Shown piece by piece: positions 9,902 through 18,613 of a stretch of 64,000 nucleotides of DNA (position 1 is its first letter; every line of letters begins with the position of its first letter). The translations under genes and the position numbers were made by a program. This stretch comes from Pyrinomonadaceae bacterium (GTDB lineage: Bacteria; Acidobacteriota; Blastocatellia; Pyrinomonadales; Pyrinomonadaceae). The stretch lies in NCBI GenBank assembly GCA_051000345.1, contig JBPCOJ010000106.1:1775-65774 (forward strand), read 5' to 3'. The notes beneath the pieces were generated by a model, which worked only from the letters and a program-made list of their open reading frames with translations, did not search any database and was not told where the DNA came from.

Positions 9902-12900
9902 TTACGGTTGCCCGCACTCGGCGTCAGAGCGTGTGACGACGGAACTGAAGCGCTCTTGATATTCTCTCGAGGTGAGAAAAGCACACACCATCGCGCGGTA
10001 ATTATTGGCGACGCGCGTATTCAAAACGTTGAGCCAGAATTGATAGCCCGCTTCGTCCGGGTCACGCCTGAGGTAACCGAAGTATTCCATCAACACAAAC
10101 GCGCGATTATATTCGGCTGCCGCAAACGCCGCGTCATCCGTCACAAGACGCAGTACACGCCCGCGATTATTATTGGCATCGTAATCTGCGGTCAAAGCCG
10201 CGCGTTGACTTGAAAGATCGACGCCGGACGTGTCCTTCACGCTCTTAATCAATGCGTCAACGAATTCGCTGTGGCTCAAGTTCGGCGAATACTTTTGCGT
10301 GAATTCCGTGCGTTGCGCAAACTCTTCGGTGAGCGATTGTTTGTTTGCATTCAATTCAGAAGAGGCTATGAGACGGCTGCGGTCGCGCGTGAATTCCACG
10401 TAGGACGGCCTGCGCCCGTAAGCCGCTTTGTAGAGACGATAAACGAACGCGCCTGTTTGCTGAAATTCCTGTTCGATGAAGAATGCGGCGGAAACGCTGA
10501 TGCGGCGCTCGCGTATGCAGCGCGCGTCCGTGCCGCACTGCGCGATTAAATTTGTCCAGTAGTCGAAGCCGCCCGCGTCCGGCAAGCGATTGAGAAAGTC
10601 CGCGTAGTGCTGGCGAACAAAGAAGCGTGTGTCTTCAACAGGATTGCTCGAAGGCTGTGCGGTGTCGTTGTCTTTGATTGTCAGCACTGCCGCGAGCGGA
10701 GCGCCGAGGGCTGTGCCGACAGTTGGATTCCGCAGAATGAGATTGACGGTTCTGTTGCCTTCCACGAAAGCGTTGTCGGTGACGAGCACGTTGAAGGTCT
10801 TGCTCGTTTCGCCGGGCGCGAAGCGAAGGGTGCCGGACGCGGTCGTGTAATTGGAACGCTCCGTAGCAGTGCCTTCGTAGGTGGCATAGTCAACTGTTGC
10901 GGCGCGCGAAGCATCGCCCGTTCTGGTTACAGTAACGGAAGCGCTGCCGCCATCTTCGGCGACGCTGTAGGTGGCGGCGCTGAATTGCAGACTGCTGGCG
11001 GCGGAGTCTGCAATCTTGAGAACAAAAGGACTGAGCAGATTATCATCGTTTGACCGTGTCGGTTCCAAAGCCGGGACGGAGCCTGTATGGATGATGCCGA
11101 CTACCGTTCCGACACTTGCAACTCCTGTGACGTAGGCGCTGCCTGCTGCGTCAACGGCGATGCCTGTTCCACCTTCATCGTAGTTGAGCGCGCCATAATA
11201 AGTTGAGTAGGCGAGAGAATTTGCGCCCGAACTATTTGTATTTATTTTCGTCACGAAAGCGTCCGTGTCATTTCCGCCACCGTGTTTATTTCCCTGTAAG
11301 GCGTCTTTCGTTGGAAAATCGCTTGAGGCAGTTGCTCCCGTCACATAAGCATTGCCTGAAGAATCAGCGGCGAGACTTCCACCGACATCGTAGCGGCTGC
11401 CGCCTAAATAGGTAGAATAGAGCAGTCCCGTGCCAGCGGCATTCAATTTCATCACAAAGGCATTGGATAAACCGCCGCCGTAGCTCGTCTGAAAACCGTT
11501 TACCGTTTGCAGGCCGGGTGAATCACTAAACCCTGTGACATATGCTTGACTCGCCGAATCCACAGCGATAGCGGTCGTATGAGTTCCCAAGAAGAAGTTC
11601 GTTCCGGTGTCCGGCAAAACGAAAGAGTAGACCAACGCAGAACCCGTCGGATTCAACTTCTTGACGAGCGCATCGCCCGTCACATAAGAGTTGCCTGAAG
11701 AGTCCACCGCGACATGAACGTTGTAGGGAGATTTGATGTCGAAGTAGGTCGAGTAAACGAGTGAAGCAGCGCCCGAAGCGTTCGTGTTTATCTTTGCGAC
11801 GAAACTATCGTTATCGTCAGAGTTGCGAAGGCTGATGGTTCTGCGGAAAGCGCCGGGCGTCGTCGGGAAGTCGCTTGAATTTGTATTGCCTGCGATATAG
11901 GCATTGGCCGAAGAATCTATGGCAATGCTTAATCCGAAGTCACGACTGCTGCTGCCACCCAGATACGTCGAATAAAGCAAGTCGCTGCCGGTGGCATTCA
12001 GCTTTGCGACAAAGGCGTTAGTGAAGCTGCGAAGAGCCGGTTGAAAAGCGTTTCGGGTGGGAAAGTCGCTCGAACCCGTTGAGCCTACAACGTAGGCATT
12101 GCCCGCCGAATCCACAGCGATCCCCGAACTGTTGTCACCGCCGCTGCCGTCAAGAAAAGTGCTGTAAACGAAACCGGAACCATCGGCATTAAGTTTTGTG
12201 ACGAAGATTTCGCGGCTGCCGAAACGGTTATTCACTGTTCTTTGAAAAGCGCCGGGCGTCGTCGGGAAATCGGGCGAAGCTGTAAACCCTGTGACGTAAG
12301 CATCGCCCGCAGAGTCTACCGCGATGCCGCTTGTTCCGCTTTGATTTAGACCGCCGTTGCCAAGATAAGTCGCATAAACAAGCACAGGGTCAATCACAAG
12401 CGGCTTCGTCGCATCATATGCGCCGATTGCAAAGCCGACTTCGCGCTTGGAGTTCAGCACATAGCAGCCTGCGACTTCGCGCCGCGCGCCGCTGTTTGAT
12501 TCCTGATAAAGCACGGGCTTGCGTTGACGAATTTCATCTTTACCTGTGCGGAGAATGAGATCGCCCGTCGCACCGATTTTTATTTCGTCAGCGCCCGCAA
12601 AGTCGAGCCGGATGGCTTTCGGATCAGCGCCCGGCGCAACGATGAAATCGTATTCGAGCTGGTTGTGGTTGCCGTAGTAAATCATATCCACGCCCGCGTA
12701 AACATTTTCGTATTTCACTTGGCGATAGGCGGCAATGTTTGTTTGCCAACGCTGCGGATCGTTACCGGTCAGATAATTAATCTTGCCGGGCAATTCTTCC
12801 AGCCCTGTCACGCGCGCTTGGGGATTGGCGTTCATTAGCTTCATACGCAAAGTTGTTTGCGATGCCGGACGCGGTGCATGAAAGGCGGCACTTGAATTGT

Positions 12901-13330
12901 TCAGCTCTTTGTTGCGCTGACTATTTCCTTCTTTGCGACTTCCATTTTTATGCAACGCCAGCACGGTTTCCGTCGGAGTCAAAAAGAGATTGTAGCCCGC
13001 CCCGCGCGCTAAGAATTTGACCGCCGCGTTTGACTGTCCGCGATTTGCTTCAAAACTCAAAGGCAACTCGCCGTAAGCCTGATTGATGCGCGCACGGGTT
13101 GACTGCTCTGTTGCAGAGGGTGCGGAGCGAGTCGAAGCCTTGGCGCTCTTGCCGGAAGCGTTCGCCGAATCATTTGCTGACTTTGCGAGCTTCGATAGGG
13201 CGACTGCTTGCGGCGCGGGTTTACTTCGATTGAGAGAATAGCCCGGCAAAGCAATCGAGTTTATTAAACCGATCAGCGCTAATGCAGCGGCGACGTGTGA
13301 TATGTGCCCTCTTCTTGAATACTTCATCAC
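9902..13330 (-). CDS. secreted giant protein: SBBP beta-propeller repeats + Calx-beta + two DUF4214 domains
   Basis: 1142 aa with a signal peptide. It has many repeats of the type G.A.D..GNAYV.G.T.S.DFPT (SBBP), then a Calx-beta-like block (LQFSAATYSVAEDGGSASVTVTRTGDAS..TVDYAT..GTA...DY), then two DUF4214-like motifs (FVRQHYADFLNRLPDAGGFDYW and YFGYLRRDPDEAGYQFW). Confidence 0.8.
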   Translation of the reverse strand: MMKYSRRGHISHVAAALALIGLINSIALPGYSLNRSKPAPQAVALSKLAKSANDSANASGKSAKASTRSAPSATEQSTRARINQAYGELPLSFEANRGQSNAAVKFLARGAGYNLFLTPTETVLALHKNGSRKEGNSQRNKELNNSSAAFHAPRPASQTTLRMKLMNANPQARVTGLEELPGKINYLTGNDPQRWQTNIAAYRQVKYENVYAGVDMIYYGNHNQLEYDFIVAPGADPKAIRLDFAGADEIKIGATGDLILRTGKDEIRQRKPVLYQESNSGARREVAGCYVLNSKREVGFAIGAYDATKPLVIDPVLVYATYLGNGGLNQSGTSGIAVDSAGDAYVTGFTASPDFPTTPGAFQRTVNNRFGSREIFVTKLNADGSGFVYSTFLDGSGGDNSSGIAVDSAGNAYVVGSTGSSDFPTRNAFQPALRSFTNAFVAKLNATGSDLLYSTYLGGSSSRDFGLSIAIDSSANAYIAGNTNSSDFPTTPGAFRRTISLRNSDDNDSFVAKINTNASGAASLVYSTYFDIKSPYNVHVAVDSSGNSYVTGDALVKKLNPTGSALVYSFVLPDTGTNFFLGTHTTAIAVDSASQAYVTGFSDSPGLQTVNGFQTSYGGGLSNAFVMKLNAAGTGLLYSTYLGGSRYDVGGSLAADSSGNAYVTGATASSDFPTKDALQGNKHGGGNDTDAFVTKINTNSSGANSLAYSTYYGALNYDEGGTGIAVDAAGSAYVTGVASVGTVVGIIHTGSVPALEPTRSNDDNLLSPFVLKIADSAASSLQFSAATYSVAEDGGSASVTVTRTGDASRAATVDYATYEGTATERSNYTTASGTLRFAPGETSKTFNVLVTDNAFVEGNRTVNLILRNPTVGTALGAPLAAVLTIKDNDTAQPSSNPVEDTRFFVRQHYADFLNRLPDAGGFDYWTNLIAQCGTDARCIRERRISVSAAFFIEQEFQQTGAFVYRLYKAAYGRRPSYVEFTRDRSRLIASSELNANKQSLTEEFAQRTEFTQKYSPNLSHSEFVDALIKSVKDTSGVDLSSQRAALTADYDANNNRGRVLRLVTDDAAFAAAEYNRAFVLMEYFGYLRRDPDEAGYQFWLNVLNTRVANNYRAMVCAFLTSREYQERFSSVVTRSDAECGQP

Positions 13331-13391
13331 TTACTTCCTTTCGTTCGTTCATTTCCCAACTCCAATGAGAAACGTCATGCTTTGATTTGTA

Positions 13392-14513
13392 TTAACGTTT
13401 GCGTATCAGGCTACGCTTGCGCGGCGTCGCAGGGACTCTCACGGCAAGCAATTTTGTATGTTTATTTTTAAGCAGAGAGTTCAGCGAGCCGTGATCGTCG
13501 AAGCCTAAAAGTTTGGCGGCGTGCGAGACTCTTCCTTCCGCTTCCTTGAGCGCGCTTTCGATGTAGCGTTCCTCCATGCGGCGCACTTCATCTTTGAGCG
13601 AAAAGTTTTCCCAAGAATGGACTGTCTCGCTTTCCGGCAGTTGCTCCGTCGCCGTTTGCTTATCTGCCTGTACGCTTTGCACGACAAGCGCGCGGCGTGC
13701 GGCACGGCGCAGGCGTTCGAGAATTTCGAGAGGCGGCGCGGCGGCAAGCAATTCGTCTGCGCGACGATAGCTAAATCGGATTTCATCTGCACTCAAGTGA
13801 TCGCCGAGTTCTTCGATCATCGTGAGCAACGCGAGGCTTGCGCCTTCGGCGTTGCCCGATTGCACGGCTATTTCAACGGCGCGTTCGAGCGCGGCCTGTG
13901 CGGGCAAACGTCTGGCGTTTCTGGCGAGCGTCACCGCGTGCGTCGTCAGGGCTTCGGCAAGAAGCGCGTACTCGTCGCCCTTCATCAAAGCGTTGACGGC
14001 CTGCCGTGCAATCTTTTCGGCTTCGGGAAAACGTCGCTCGGCGAGCAGCGCACGCGCACGCGTTTCGTTTACCTGCGCCGTGTGTACGCCGTCCTTGAGA
14101 CGCGCGAACAAACGCCTCGCGCGTTCGAGATGTTCGTGCGCTTCCGTGAACCGCGCGGCGTTGAAGAAGAGAAAACCCAGATTGTTTTCCACCGCCGCTT
14201 GATAACGCGTGTGCCGCGCTTGCTCGAAGTGAAAGCCTGCGGCGGCGTATTCAAGGAGCGCGCGGTCTCTGTAATCTTCGCGGTGCTCAATGCCGCTTAA
14301 GACATTAAGGACGCTCGCGAGTTCGTTGTGAAATTTGCCTTTGAGCGCGTGGCTGTTGCTTTTCTCAAAGAGCGGCGCGGCACCCGTCAAGATACGCAAC
14401 GCATCGCTGTAACGAGTCGCGGAAGCTTCGATGATCGCGCCGCGCAGCAAAGCGATTGACTTTAATTCGTTTTCGCCGTCGCCTAATTTGCCGAGCACCT
14501 CGCGCAGCATCAC
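13392..14513 (-). CDS. TPR-repeat protein with C-terminal Fis-type (HTH_8) DNA-binding domain; apparently 5'-truncated
   Basis: 373 aa with TPR-like helices throughout. The C-terminus RVSHAAKLLGFDDHGSLNSLLKNKH is an HTH_8 signature. TPR-like reading frame continues 30 codons upstream of the first start codon with no start (see findings). Confidence 0.6.
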   Translation of the reverse strand: MMLREVLGKLGDGENELKSIALLRGAIIEASATRYSDALRILTGAAPLFEKSNSHALKGKFHNELASVLNVLSGIEHREDYRDRALLEYAAAGFHFEQARHTRYQAAVENNLGFLFFNAARFTEAHEHLERARRLFARLKDGVHTAQVNETRARALLAERRFPEAEKIARQAVNALMKGDEYALLAEALTTHAVTLARNARRLPAQAALERAVEIAVQSGNAEGASLALLTMIEELGDHLSADEIRFSYRRADELLAAAPPLEILERLRRAARRALVVQSVQADKQTATEQLPESETVHSWENFSLKDEVRRMEERYIESALKEAEGRVSHAAKLLGFDDHGSLNSLLKNKHTKLLAVRVPATPRKRSLIRKR

Positions 14514-14667
14514 GCGCGCTTCATCGAGCGCGCCTTCGCGCCAGTAGCAATAAGCGAGTTCGATTTGCGCAGAGAACTTCTTTATTAAGTATTTGGTAGT
14601 GAGTCAGTTTCACTGAAAACCGGTAAGCATTATCTCGGAATTTCAAACTGGCTCACGACTGTTTACG

Positions 14668-14696
14668 TTGACATTGTCTCATAGGATAGATACGAT
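14668..14696 (+). promoter_or_regulatory. sigma70-type promoter of the mini-protein gene
   Basis: TTGACA (14668-14673), 17-nt spacer, TACGAT (14691-14696). It lies about 65 nt upstream of the ATG at 14762. Confidence 0.5.
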
Positions 14697-14761
14697 ACTT
14701 TATCGGTCGTACTTAGTTCGCAGAAGATTATTGTTGCTAAACAAAAAGGAGAGATATTGAT

Positions 14762-14974
14762 ATGCGCAAAACCCTTGGTTCTCTGGTTCTAATCTGTGTT
14801 CTCTCGGTCAGCTCACTGGCGGGGATAATACACACGGGAATAACCGATTCTGATAGCGGAAGCACTGATACTCCGCAAACCGCCGGAATAATACACACCG
14901 GTGTTGCCGATGATAGCGGTACGACCCTTTCTTTATACGTTGTATCGTTACTCGGACTTCCTTGGAATCTATAA
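14762..14974 (+). CDS. secreted 70-aa mini-protein with two tandem AGIIHTG repeats
   Basis: An AAGGAGAG SD sits 8 nt before the ATG. The signal peptide is MRKTLGSLVLICVLSVSSLA|G, followed by two 21-aa repeats (aa 20-40 and 41-61) and a hydrophobic tail. Nucleotide differences inside the repeated 7-codon motif are all synonymous. Confidence 0.6.
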   Translation: MRKTLGSLVLICVLSVSSLAGIIHTGITDSDSGSTDTPQTAGIIHTGVADDSGTTLSLYVVSLLGLPWNL

Positions 14975-15195
14975 GCTATAGCAATTTGAGAGGTGTCAGT
15001 CGGGGTAATTTTGGGCGACCACTTCACACTGCTACTTTCAAGCGTTTGATTCTAAAGACGTTCTCTTTCTGAGTGAACGTCCATCCCATCATGCTCTAAA
15101 TTCCTTTTGCCTAACAACTCATTCAAGCAGAATCAAATTTCACTGTTAAATTTGCATAATGCCTAGAACTATCTCTTACTGACCTCGGATTTCCG

Positions 15196-15212
15196 TTGCA
15201 CTTTAAGTGCAA
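15196..15212. promoter_or_regulatory. perfect 7-3-7 palindrome TTGCACT-TTA-AGTGCAA
   Basis: Read directly from the sequence in the non-coding stretch upstream of alaS. Function unknown. Confidence 0.3.
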
Positions 15213-15250
15213 TACAATACCGGTGCGCTTTAAGGCATAGATCGAGTAAT

Positions 15251-15307
15251 GTCCTAGTTTGAAAATCTTAGCCCGATAAACATTGGCCTATATTTTCAAA
15301 CTAGGAC
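15251..15307. promoter_or_regulatory. perfect 16-bp inverted repeat (25-nt spacer) about 80 bp upstream of alaS
   Basis: gtcctagtttgaaaat (15251-15266) pairs with attttcaaactaggac (15292-15307). No T-run follows, so it is not a classic terminator. Confidence 0.5.
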
Positions 15308-15388
15308 ACTACCCATAGTCGGTATCGCTTCTTTCATCTTCGTCCAGCGTGTTACACTTTATGTTTTAGACCAACGTGAAGTGAAGCA

Positions 15389-18073
15389 ATGACGATGACC
15401 GGAAAAGAAATCCGTGAAAAGTTTTTAGAGTATTTCGAGCGGCACGGGCATACGCGCGTGGCGTCTAGCCCCTTGCTGCCCGCAAACGATCCGACGCTGC
15501 TGTTCGCCAACGCGGGCATGAATCAGTTCAAGGATGTGTTCACGGGCGCAGAGCTTCGTGATTACACGCGCGCCGCTTCGTCGCAGAAATGCATACGCGC
15601 GGGCGGCAAGCACAACGACTTGGACGAAGTCGGCAAGACCGCGCGTCATCACACTTTCTTCGAGATGCTCGGCAATTTTTCCTTCGGCGATTACTTCAAG
15701 CGCGAAGCCATAGAGTTCGCGTGGGACTTGCTTTTGAATGTTTATAAACTCCCTGTCGAACGGCTCTGGTTTACGGTTTATAAAACCGACGAAGAAGCCG
15801 CGCGTTTATGGATTGACGTGGGCGCAGCGCCTGATCGCATACTGCGCTTCGACGAGAAGGATAATTTCTGGCAGATGGGCGACACGGGGCCGTGCGGCCC
15901 GTGCAGCGAAATCCATTACTACATGGGCGAAGACCCGCATGACCCTGCGAAGAATCGCGCAGAGTTCGTCAACGGAGCGGGCGACACGACGATGGAGATT
16001 TGGAATCTAGTCTTCATGCAATACGAACGCGACGCTTCCGGCACGCTCACGCCCTTGCCGAAGCCTTCGGTTGACACGGGCATGGGACTCGAACGCCTCT
16101 GCGCCGTGCTGCAAAACGTGCCGACGAACTACGACACGGATTTGCTGCGCCCGATCATCGAATTCACCGCGCAACTCGCGGATATAAATTACACGCCCGA
16201 TTCGCCCGAAGGCTTTGCGATGCGCGTCATCGCAGACCACGCGCGCGCCACAGCCTTTGCGATTGCCGACAACATTTTGCCCGGCAACGAAGGCCGCAAT
16301 TATGTGTTGCGCAAAATCATGCGCCGCGCAATTTATCAAGGCCACCACACGCTTCATTTTGAAGATGCGTTCTTCTACAAAGTGACTAACTTTGTCGTCG
16401 AAACGATGCGCGGCGTGTACACGGAACTCGAAGCCGCGCGCGAATTCATCGAACGCATGGTCAAACTCGAAGAAGAACGCTTTAGCTCGACTTTAACCAT
16501 CGGCCTGCAAAAACTCGATGCGCTTTTCGCGTCCAACGAAGAAGGCAAGCTCCCGGATTACAAGGAACTCGCGCGCCTTTACGATACCTTCGGCACGCCG
16601 CGCGATTTAATTCGCGTCAGCCTTGAAGGACGCGGCTTTAAGCTTGAGGAAGAATCTTTTAATGAAAGTTTCGAGACGGCGTTGCGGGAGATTCAGCGCG
16701 CCAGCGTGCAAGACAAAGCACAGGCGCGCACGAAAGCCAAGCCCGTCTATGCGCAGATAAGCGAACGAATTAATCGCCGCACGGAATTTACCGGCTACGA
16801 AGGCACGCGCCTTGATGATGTGCGCGTTGCCGCCATCATCAAAGGTGAAGAAGAAGTTGCGGAGTTGCGCGAAGGCGAAGAAGGCGAGGTAATTTTAGAG
16901 CGCACGCCGTTTTACGCGGAGTCCGGCGGACAAATCGGTGACACAGGCACGTTCGTCAACACATCGACGCGCGTTGTCATCAACGATACGGTTGCGCCCG
17001 TTTCAGGATTGACAGTCCACCGTGTAAGCGTTGAGCGCGGCAGTTTGCGCGTTGGTGAGATATTGACGGCGCAGATTGACGCTGAGAAACGCGATGCGAC
17101 GAGGCGCAATCACACGGCCACGCATTTGCTTCATGCGGCATTGCGCGAACTTTTGGGGACGCACGTTAAGCAGGCCGGGTCACTTGTTGCGCCGAATCGT
17201 TTGCGTTTCGATTTTTCGCATTTTCAACCTTTGACGCGCGACGAAGTGGCGGAGATCGAGCGGCTCGTTAATTATCAGATCCTGCGCAACGAACCCGTGG
17301 AGACGGAGATTGTGCCGCTCGAACAAGCGATGCAGTCGGGCGCGATGGCTTTGTTCGGCGAAAAGTATGCGGAGCAAGTGCGCGTCTTGACCATTCAGGG
17401 CTTCTCCAAAGAATTGTGCGGCGGCACGCATGTGCGCGCGACGGGCGACATCGGCTTGTTCAAGGTCGTGCGCGATGAAGCAGTCGCGTCCGGCACGCGT
17501 CGCATAGAGGCCGTGACGGGCGCGGATGCGTTCATGCGCTTTCAGGAAACAGAGGCGCTTGTGGATCGAGTTGCGGCGGAACTTCGCACATCGCGCACGG
17601 GGATTCCGGCGACAGTCGAGCGGTTGCAGGAAGAATTGAAAAAGGCCAGACGCGAAGCCGATGAACTGCGTTTGAAATTGGCGACGGGCGCGGGCGGCAC
17701 AGATGGTGCGTCAAACGGCAACGCGGCGCGCGAAGTGGCGACGGGCGTGCGCGTGCTGGCGCGCGTCGTCGAAGGACTCGATGCCGCGGGGATGCGGCAA
17801 TTGTCGGACACTTTGCTTGCCCGATTAAACGGCTCCGGCGTGGTCGTTTTAGGGCGTAGCGGCGATGACGGCAAAGTTTCGCTTATCGTGCGTTCGTCAG
17901 CGGATTTAATGAAGCGCGTTCCGGCGGGTCAGGTGATTAAAGAGATTGCGCCGATAGTGGGCGGGCGCGGCGGCGGCAAGCCCGACATGGCCGAAGGCGG
18001 CGGCACTCAACCGGAGAAATTAGCGGAAGCACTGGAAGCGAGCTATGCAGTTGTCGAGCGTTTGCTGAATTGA
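15389..18073 (+). CDS. alaS: alanine--tRNA ligase
   Basis: 894 aa. FLEYFERHGHTRVASSPL, FFEMLGNFSFGDYFK, editing-domain HTATHLLHAAL and CGGTH are present. Confidence 0.97.
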   Translation: MTMTGKEIREKFLEYFERHGHTRVASSPLLPANDPTLLFANAGMNQFKDVFTGAELRDYTRAASSQKCIRAGGKHNDLDEVGKTARHHTFFEMLGNFSFGDYFKREAIEFAWDLLLNVYKLPVERLWFTVYKTDEEAARLWIDVGAAPDRILRFDEKDNFWQMGDTGPCGPCSEIHYYMGEDPHDPAKNRAEFVNGAGDTTMEIWNLVFMQYERDASGTLTPLPKPSVDTGMGLERLCAVLQNVPTNYDTDLLRPIIEFTAQLADINYTPDSPEGFAMRVIADHARATAFAIADNILPGNEGRNYVLRKIMRRAIYQGHHTLHFEDAFFYKVTNFVVETMRGVYTELEAAREFIERMVKLEEERFSSTLTIGLQKLDALFASNEEGKLPDYKELARLYDTFGTPRDLIRVSLEGRGFKLEEESFNESFETALREIQRASVQDKAQARTKAKPVYAQISERINRRTEFTGYEGTRLDDVRVAAIIKGEEEVAELREGEEGEVILERTPFYAESGGQIGDTGTFVNTSTRVVINDTVAPVSGLTVHRVSVERGSLRVGEILTAQIDAEKRDATRRNHTATHLLHAALRELLGTHVKQAGSLVAPNRLRFDFSHFQPLTRDEVAEIERLVNYQILRNEPVETEIVPLEQAMQSGAMALFGEKYAEQVRVLTIQGFSKELCGGTHVRATGDIGLFKVVRDEAVASGTRRIEAVTGADAFMRFQETEALVDRVAAELRTSRTGIPATVERLQEELKKARREADELRLKLATGAGGTDGASNGNAAREVATGVRVLARVVEGLDAAGMRQLSDTLLARLNGSGVVVLGRSGDDGKVSLIVRSSADLMKRVPAGQVIKEIAPIVGGRGGGKPDMAEGGGTQPEKLAEALEASYAVVERLLN

Positions 18074-18158
18074 TATTGAAACGGAAGCAGTAAACAGGCG
18101 TCGGCGATGAACGCAAAAGCTTCTCATGGTCTGAACTAACTTCATTTGTCGCAATACG

Positions 18159-18210
18159 AAAAGCGCGGGCATATTCTCTCAAGAGAAACGCCCGCGCTTT
18201 TGCGCTTTTT
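18159..18210. terminator. bidirectional Rho-independent terminator
   Basis: Stem aaaagcgcgggc / gcccgcgctttt with T-runs on both strands. It sits between convergent alaS and the 18239-18613 gene. Confidence 0.75.
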
Positions 18211-18238
18211 ATCTTCGGCTCACCGTTAAAGAAAACTG

Positions 18239-18613
18239 TTACATGGCTTTTTGTTTATCCGTTAAGGTGATGCTCATCTTTTCGAGCGTCAGGCGATTGA
18301 GCGTGCCTGTTACTTTAATGCTCTCCGCCGTTTGATATTTCTTCAAGCCCTCGCGTGTCGCATCATCCAATTTTCCTGTTTGCTCGCCCGTGTAAAAGCT
18401 GCGCTGCTTGAGAAGCGCCTGCGCCTGTTTCACTTGATCCTTATTGGCGCGAAAAACAGGGCCGCGCTTTTTTGCGGTGGTGTTCGAGTTAGCGGCGCTC
18501 GCGCTTTTCTTCGTGCGCGTTTTAGCCATATTGCCGGAGTCGGTGTTTTGCGTTGCGAGGGCAAACGTGCAGACAAGCAACGACAAAAGTGCGGACGTAA
18601 ATAGTCTTTTCAT
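18239..18613 (-). CDS. secreted peptidoglycan-binding (PG_binding_1-like) protein
   Basis: The track ORF extends to 18709, but the ATG at 18613 has an AAGGAG SD and begins a signal peptide (MKRLFTSALLSLLVCTFALA). The C-terminus LLKQRSFYTGEQTGKLDDATREGLKKYQ resembles a PG-binding repeat. Confidence 0.65.
   Translation of the reverse strand: MKRLFTSALLSLLVCTFALATQNTDSGNMAKTRTKKSASAANSNTTAKKRGPVFRANKDQVKQAQALLKQRSFYTGEQTGKLDDATREGLKKYQTAESIKVTGTLNRLTLEKMSITLTDKQKAM

Noticed and set aside
14737-15027. 96-aa minus-strand ORF overlapping the mini-protein gene (it contains the repeated PVCIIPA).
   Set aside because: Its repeat is just the reverse-frame image of AGIIHTG. It has no SD or promoter and no signal or TM logic. 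The plus-strand frame has a promoter, a strong SD, a signal peptide and a synonymous-only substitution pattern.
15251-15388. T-box leader upstream of alaS.
   Set aside because: No T-box sequence (AGAGA...GGUGGNACCGCG), specifier-loop architecture or terminator/antiterminator pair is present. The hairpin is not followed by a T-run.
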